From: a virus
Taxonomy: Duplodnaviria > Heunggongvirae > Uroviricota > Caudoviricetes
DNA: 6,772 nt
IMG/VR virus record: IMGVR_UViG_2671180884_000018
Direction: 5' to 3' (one strand)
Shown here: piece after piece, positions 1 through 6,772 of the stretch
Numbering within the stretch: position 1 is the stretch's first letter
Layout: each line of letters starts with the position of its first letter
The notes under the pieces: model-generated
What the model saw: only the letters and a program-made list of their open reading frames with translations
Database searches by the model: none
Told to the model about the DNA's origin: nothing
Program-made: the position numbers and the translations under genes

Positions 1-1
1 T

Positions 2-358
2 GCGGTGAACTTCGTCAACGGAAACAGTGACGCCGATCCGGAGCAGGAGGTGATCAGCCGCTGGCGCATCGAGCAGTGCAGCGAACTGAGCGCGGTGAGT
101 GCCTCCTTTGTACTGTCCACGCCGACGGAAACGGATGGCGCTGTTTTTCCGGGACGTATCATGCTGGCCAACACCTGCACCTGGACCTATCGCGGTGATG
201 AGTGCGGTTATCACGGTCCGGCAGTTGCGGATGAATATGACCAGCCGACGTCCGATATCACGAAGGATAAATGCAGCAAATGCCTGAGCGGCTGTAAGTT
301 TCGCAATAACGTCGGCAACTTTGGCGGCTTCCTTTCCATTAACAAACTTTCGCAGTAA
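2..358 (+). CDS. L: Tail tip protein L (gpL-like), 3' portion only; the 5' end lies upstream of the window
   Basis: Open frame running from the window edge to TAA at 356-358. Translation (…NFVNGNSDADPEQEVISRWRIEQCSELSAV…CTWTYRGDECGY…CSKCLSGCKFRNNVGNFGGFLSINKLSQ) matches the C-terminus of phage lambda gpL as I recall it, including the C-terminal cysteine cluster. Position immediately upstream of K/I/J fits lambda gene order. Confidence 0.9.
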   Translation, partial: AVNFVNGNSDADPEQEVISRWRIEQCSELSAVSASFVLSTPTETDGAVFPGRIMLANTCTWTYRGDECGYHGPAVADEYDQPTSDITKDKCSKCLSGCKFRNNVGNFGGFLSINKLSQ

Positions 359-362
359 TCCC

Positions 363-1106
363 ATGACAGAGACAGAATCAGCGATTCTGGCGCACGCCCG
401 GCGATGTGCGCCAGCGGAGTCGTGCGGCTTCGTGGTGAGAGCGCCGGAGGGGGAAAGATATTTTCCCTGCGTGAATATTTCCGGTGAGCCGGAGGATTAT
501 TTCCGGATGGCTCCGGAGGACTGGCTGCAGGCAGAGATGCAGGGTGAGATTGTGGCACTGGTCCACAGTCATCCCGGTGGTCTGCCCTGGCTGAGTGAGG
601 CTGACCGGCGGCTGCAGGTGCAGAGTGATTTGCCGTGGTGGCTGGTCTGCCGGGGGGCGATTCACAAGTTCCGCTGTGTGCCGCATCTCACCGGGCGGCG
701 CTTTGAGCACGGGGTGACGGACTGTTACACGCTGTTCCGGGATGCTTATCATCTGGCGGGGATTGAGATGCCGGATTTTCATCGCGGGGATGACTGGTGG
801 CGTCACGGTCAGAATCTCTATCTGGATAATCTGGAGGCCACAGGGCTGTATCAGGTGCCGTTGTCATCAGCACAACCGGGCGATGTGCTGCTGTGCTGTT
901 TTGGTTCATCGGTGCCGAATCATGCCGCCATTTACTGTGGTGATGGCGAGCTGCTGCACCATATTCCTGAACAACTGAGCAAACGAGAGAGGTATACCGA
1001 CAAATGGCAGCGACGCACACACTCCCTCTGGCGTCACCGGTCATGGCGCGCATCTGCCTTTACGGGGATTTGCAACGATTTGGCCGCCGCATCGACCTTC
1101 GTGTGA
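363..1106 (+). CDS. K: Tail assembly protein K (gpK-like), JAB/MPN metallopeptidase-like N-terminal part plus NlpC/P60-like C-terminal part; start codon uncertain (ATG 363 vs ATG 507)
   Basis: ORF ends at TGA 1104-1106. Translation from ATG 363 (MTETESAILAHARRCAPAESCGFVV…) contains an exact JAMM-type motif HSHPGGLPWLSEAD (HxHx7Sx2D, nt 564-605) and an NlpC/P60-like Cys/His context (GVTDCYTLF…NHAAIY). The classical 199-aa lambda K would correspond to ATG 507 (MAPEDWLQ…), which is preceded by GGAGGA at 491-496. The ORF-track start at 321 is not an ATG/GTG/TTG codon (ATG is out of frame at 320-322) and lies inside L, so it is not used. Confidence 0.8.
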   Translation: MTETESAILAHARRCAPAESCGFVVRAPEGERYFPCVNISGEPEDYFRMAPEDWLQAEMQGEIVALVHSHPGGLPWLSEADRRLQVQSDLPWWLVCRGAIHKFRCVPHLTGRRFEHGVTDCYTLFRDAYHLAGIEMPDFHRGDDWWRHGQNLYLDNLEATGLYQVPLSSAQPGDVLLCCFGSSVPNHAAIYCGDGELLHHIPEQLSKRERYTDKWQRRTHSLWRHRSWRASAFTGICNDLAAASTFV

Positions 1107-1675
1107 AAACGGGGGCTGAAGCCATCCGCGCACTGGCCACACAGCTCCCGGCGTTTCGTCAGAAACTGAGCGACGGCTGGTATCAGGTACGGATTGCCGG
1201 GCAGGATGTCAGCACGTCCGGATTAACGGCGCAGTTACATGAGACTCTGCCTGATGGCGCTGTGATTCATATTGTTCCCAGAGTCGCCGGGGCCAAGTCA
1301 GGTGGTGTATTCCAGATTGTCCTGGGAGCAGCCGCCATTGCCGGATCATTCTTTACCGCCGGAGCCACCCTTACAGCATGGGGGGCAGCCATTGGGGCCG
1401 GTGGTATGACCGGCATCCTGTTTTCTCTCGGTGCCAGTATGGTGCTCGGTGGTGTGGCGCAGATGCTGGCACCGAAAGCCCGGACGCCCACAGCGACCAG
1501 CACGGATAACGGTAAGCAGAACACCTATTTTTCATCACTGGATAACATGGTTGCCCAGGGCAATGTTCTGCCTGTTCTGTACGGTGAAATGCGCGTGGGG
1601 TCACGCGTGGTTTCTCAGGAGATCAGCACGGCAGACGAAGGGGATGGTGGTCAGGTTGTGGTGATTGGTCGCTGA
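1004..1675 (+). CDS. I: Tail assembly protein I (gpI-like), 223 aa, with a Gly/Ala-rich hydrophobic segment
   Basis: ORF 1004-1675 translates to MAATHTLPLASPVMARICLYGDLQRFGRRIDLRVKTGAEAIRALATQLPAFRQKLSDGWYQVRIAG…VVVIGR, matching lambda gpI in sequence and length as recalled. It overlaps the 3' end of K (1004-1106) in a different frame, as in lambda. Confidence 0.9.
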   Translation: MAATHTLPLASPVMARICLYGDLQRFGRRIDLRVKTGAEAIRALATQLPAFRQKLSDGWYQVRIAGQDVSTSGLTAQLHETLPDGAVIHIVPRVAGAKSGGVFQIVLGAAAIAGSFFTAGATLTAWGAAIGAGGMTGILFSLGASMVLGGVAQMLAPKARTPTATSTDNGKQNTYFSSLDNMVAQGNVLPVLYGEMRVGSRVVSQEISTADEGDGGQVVVIGR

Positions 1676-1732
1676 TGCAAAATGTTTTATGTGAAACCGC
1701 CTGCGGGAGGTTTTGTCGTTTATGGAGCGTGA

Positions 1733-5134
<3,402 letters not shown>

Positions 5135-5152
5135 ATTTTATAACCCATAACG

Positions 5153-5178
5153 GGCGTCAGAAATGACGCCTTTTTTAT
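5153..5178 (+). terminator. Putative Rho-independent terminator downstream of J
   Basis: Stem ggcgtca (5153-5159), loop gaaa (5160-5163), stem tgacgcc (5164-5170), followed by ttttttatt (5171-5179). Lies 19 nt after the J stop codon. Confidence 0.7.
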
Positions 5179-5200
5179 TGCAGAAAAGCGAGAGGTAATT

Positions 5201-5800
5201 ATGCGTAAACTTTATGCCGCCATTTTGTCCGCAGCCATTTGTCTGGCCGTATCCGGTGCGCCTGCATGGGCGTCTGAACATCAGTCCACGCTGAGCGCGG
5301 GGTATCTTCATGCCTCGACGAACGTTCCCGGCAGCGATGATCTGAACGGGATTAACGTGAAATACCGTTATGAGTTTACGGACACACTGGGGATGGTGAC
5401 GTCATTCAGCTATGCAGGAGACAAGAATCGCCAGCTGACCCATTACAGCGATACCCGCTGGCATGAAGATTCCGTGCGTAACCGCTGGTTCAGCGTGATG
5501 GCGGGGCCGTCTGTGCGCGTGAATGAATGGTTCAGCGCGTATGCGATGGCGGGTGTGGCTTACAGCCGTGTGTCGACTTTCTCCGGGGATTATCTTCGCG
5601 TAACTGACAACAAGGGGAAAACGCACGATGTGCTGACCGGAAGTGATGACGGTCGCCACAGCAACACGTCTCTGGCGTGGGGAGCTGGCGTGCAGTTTAA
5701 CCCGACCGAATCCGTGGCCATTGATATTGCTTATGAAGGTTCCGGCAGTGGCGACTGGCGCACTGACGGTTTCATCGTGGGTGTCGGTTATAAGTTCTGA
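5201..5800 (+). CDS. lom: Lom-like outer membrane beta-barrel protein (Ail/Lom/PagC family), 199 aa, with predicted signal peptide
   Basis: ATG 5201 preceded by AGAGG (5191-5195) with 5-nt spacing; stop TGA 5798-5800. N-terminus MRKLYAAILSAAICLAVSGAPAWA looks like a Sec signal peptide (cleavage after AWA). C-terminus …NPTESVAIDIAYEGSGSGDWRTDGFIVGVGYKF matches the conserved C-terminal region of lambda Lom and ends in the aromatic residue typical of OMP beta-signals. Position between J and stf is as in lambda. Confidence 0.9.
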   Translation: MRKLYAAILSAAICLAVSGAPAWASEHQSTLSAGYLHASTNVPGSDDLNGINVKYRYEFTDTLGMVTSFSYAGDKNRQLTHYSDTRWHEDSVRNRWFSVMAGPSVRVNEWFSAYAMAGVAYSRVSTFSGDYLRVTDNKGKTHDVLTGSDDGRHSNTSLAWGAGVQFNPTESVAIDIAYEGSGSGDWRTDGFIVGVGYKF

Positions 5801-5826
5801 TTAGCCAGGTAACACAGTGTTATGAC

Positions 5827-5853
5827 AGCCCGCCGGTTCAGGCGGGCTTTTTT
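5827..5853 (+). terminator. Putative Rho-independent terminator downstream of lom
   Basis: Stem agcccgcc (5827-5834), loop ggttca (5835-5840), stem ggcgggct (5841-5848), running into tttttt (5848-5853). Confidence 0.75.
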
Positions 5854-5864
5854 GTGGGGTGAAT

Positions 5865-6772
5865 ATGGCAGTAAAGATTTCAGGTGTACTGAAAGACGGC
5901 ACAGGAAAACCGGTACAGAACTGCACAATCCAGCTGAAAGCAAAACGTAACAGCACCACGGTGGTGGTGAACACGCTGGCCTCAGAAAATCCGGATGAAG
6001 CCGGGCGTTACAGCATGGACGTTGAGTACGGTCAGTACAGCGTTATTCTGTTGGTGGAAGGATTCCCGCCGTCACATGCCGGGACCATCACCGTGTATGA
6101 AGATTCTCAACCCGGTACGCTGAATGATTTTCTCGGTGCCATGACGGAGGATGATGCCCGTCCGGAGGCACTGCGCCGTTTTGAACTGATGGTGGAAGAG
6201 GTGGCGCGTAACGCGTCCGCGGTGGCACAGAACACGGCAGCCGCGAAGAAGTCAGCCAGTGATGCCAGCACATCAGCCCGTGAGGCGGCAACCCATGCGG
6301 CTGATGCTGCGGACTCAGCACGCGCAGCCAGCACGTCAGCCGGACAGGCCGCGTCGTCGGCTCAGTCAGCGTCTTCCAGCGCAGGAACGGCATCAACAAA
6401 GGCCACTGAAGCATCAAAAAGTGCTGCCGCTGCAGAGTCCTCAAAAAGCGCGGCGGCCACCAGTGCCGGTGCGGCGAAAACGTCAGAAACGAATGCTTCA
6501 GCGTCACAACAATCAGCAGCCACATCTGCATCCACCGCGACCACGAAGGCATCAGAAGCTGCGACCTCGGCCCGGGATGCGGCGGCCTCAAAAGAGGCGG
6601 CAAAATCATCAGAAACGAGCGCAGCCTCGAGCGCCAGTAGTGCAGCTTCCTCGGCAACGGCGGCAGGAAATTCCGCGAAGGCGGCAAAAACGTCCGAGAC
6701 GAACGCCAGGTCTTCTGAAACGGCAGCGGGACAGAGCGCCTCAGCTGCGGCAGGCTCAAAAACAGCGGCTGC
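5865..6772 (+). CDS. stf: Side tail fibre protein (Stf / lambda orf-401-like), N-terminal part; continues beyond the window end
   Basis: ATG 5865 opens a frame with no stop to the window end. Translation MAVKISGVLKDGTGKPVQNCTIQLKAKRNSTTVVVNTLASENPDEAGRYSMDVEYGQYSVIL…GFPPSHAGTITVYEDSQPGTLNDFL… followed by an Ala/Ser/Thr-rich low-complexity region (…AAKTSETNASASQQSAATSAS…AAKTSETNARSSETAAGQSASAAAG…) matches the lambda side tail fibre N-terminus as recalled. This ORF is missing from the supplied ORF track, presumably because it has no stop inside the window. Confidence 0.85.
   Translation, partial: MAVKISGVLKDGTGKPVQNCTIQLKAKRNSTTVVVNTLASENPDEAGRYSMDVEYGQYSVILLVEGFPPSHAGTITVYEDSQPGTLNDFLGAMTEDDARPEALRRFELMVEEVARNASAVAQNTAAAKKSASDASTSAREAATHAADAADSARAASTSAGQAASSAQSASSSAGTASTKATEASKSAAAAESSKSAAATSAGAAKTSETNASASQQSAATSASTATTKASEAATSARDAAASKEAAKSSETSAASSASSAASSATAAGNSAKAAKTSETNARSSETAAGQSASAAAGSKTAA

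Noticed and set aside
211-1053. - strand ORFs 211-558, 378-806 and 688-1053, and + strand ORFs 99-287 and 742-978
   Set aside because: All lie within or antisense to L and K, whose translations match known tail proteins. The products are Arg/Pro/His-rich with no recognisable domain character, typical of spurious frames in GC-rich coding DNA.
5135-5200. sigma70 promoter for lom in the J-lom spacer
   Set aside because: Candidate -10-like hexamers (tataac, tattgc) lack a properly spaced -35 and overlap the terminator hairpin. Not supportable by eye; left as an open question in the lom finding.
5402-5659. - strand ORF 5402-5659 inside lom
   Set aside because: Antisense to lom, which has a signal peptide, RBS and conserved OMP C-terminus. 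No independent support.
6088-6759. - strand ORFs 6088-6759 (223 aa), 6107-6334 and 6362-6544 in the stf region
   Set aside because: Antisense frames of the GC-rich, Ala/Ser-rich repetitive stf tract, which lacks stops in several frames. Products are Pro/Leu/Arg/Trp-rich nonsense.

Overview
This window is the tail-tip and tail-fibre module of a lambda-like (lambdoid) phage or prophage, with all genes on the + strand in the order L (3' end), K, I, J, lom, stf (5' part). The identifications rest on reading the translated ORFs against remembered phage lambda proteins; no database search was run. The main finding is a roughly 0.55 kb internal segment of the host-specificity gene J that sits in inverted orientation, bounded by a perfect 12-bp inverted repeat (3315-3326 and 3862-3873). 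The antisense frame happens to contain no stop codon, so a full-length 1132-codon J ORF is still called, but about 179 central codons are nonsense while the genuine J peptide for that stretch is encoded on the - strand. Other points are a J C-terminal receptor-binding region and a Lom protein that both differ from my recollection of lambda, an ambiguous K start, and two intrinsic terminators flanking lom. No tRNA, rRNA, CRISPR array, integrase or invertase is visible in the window.
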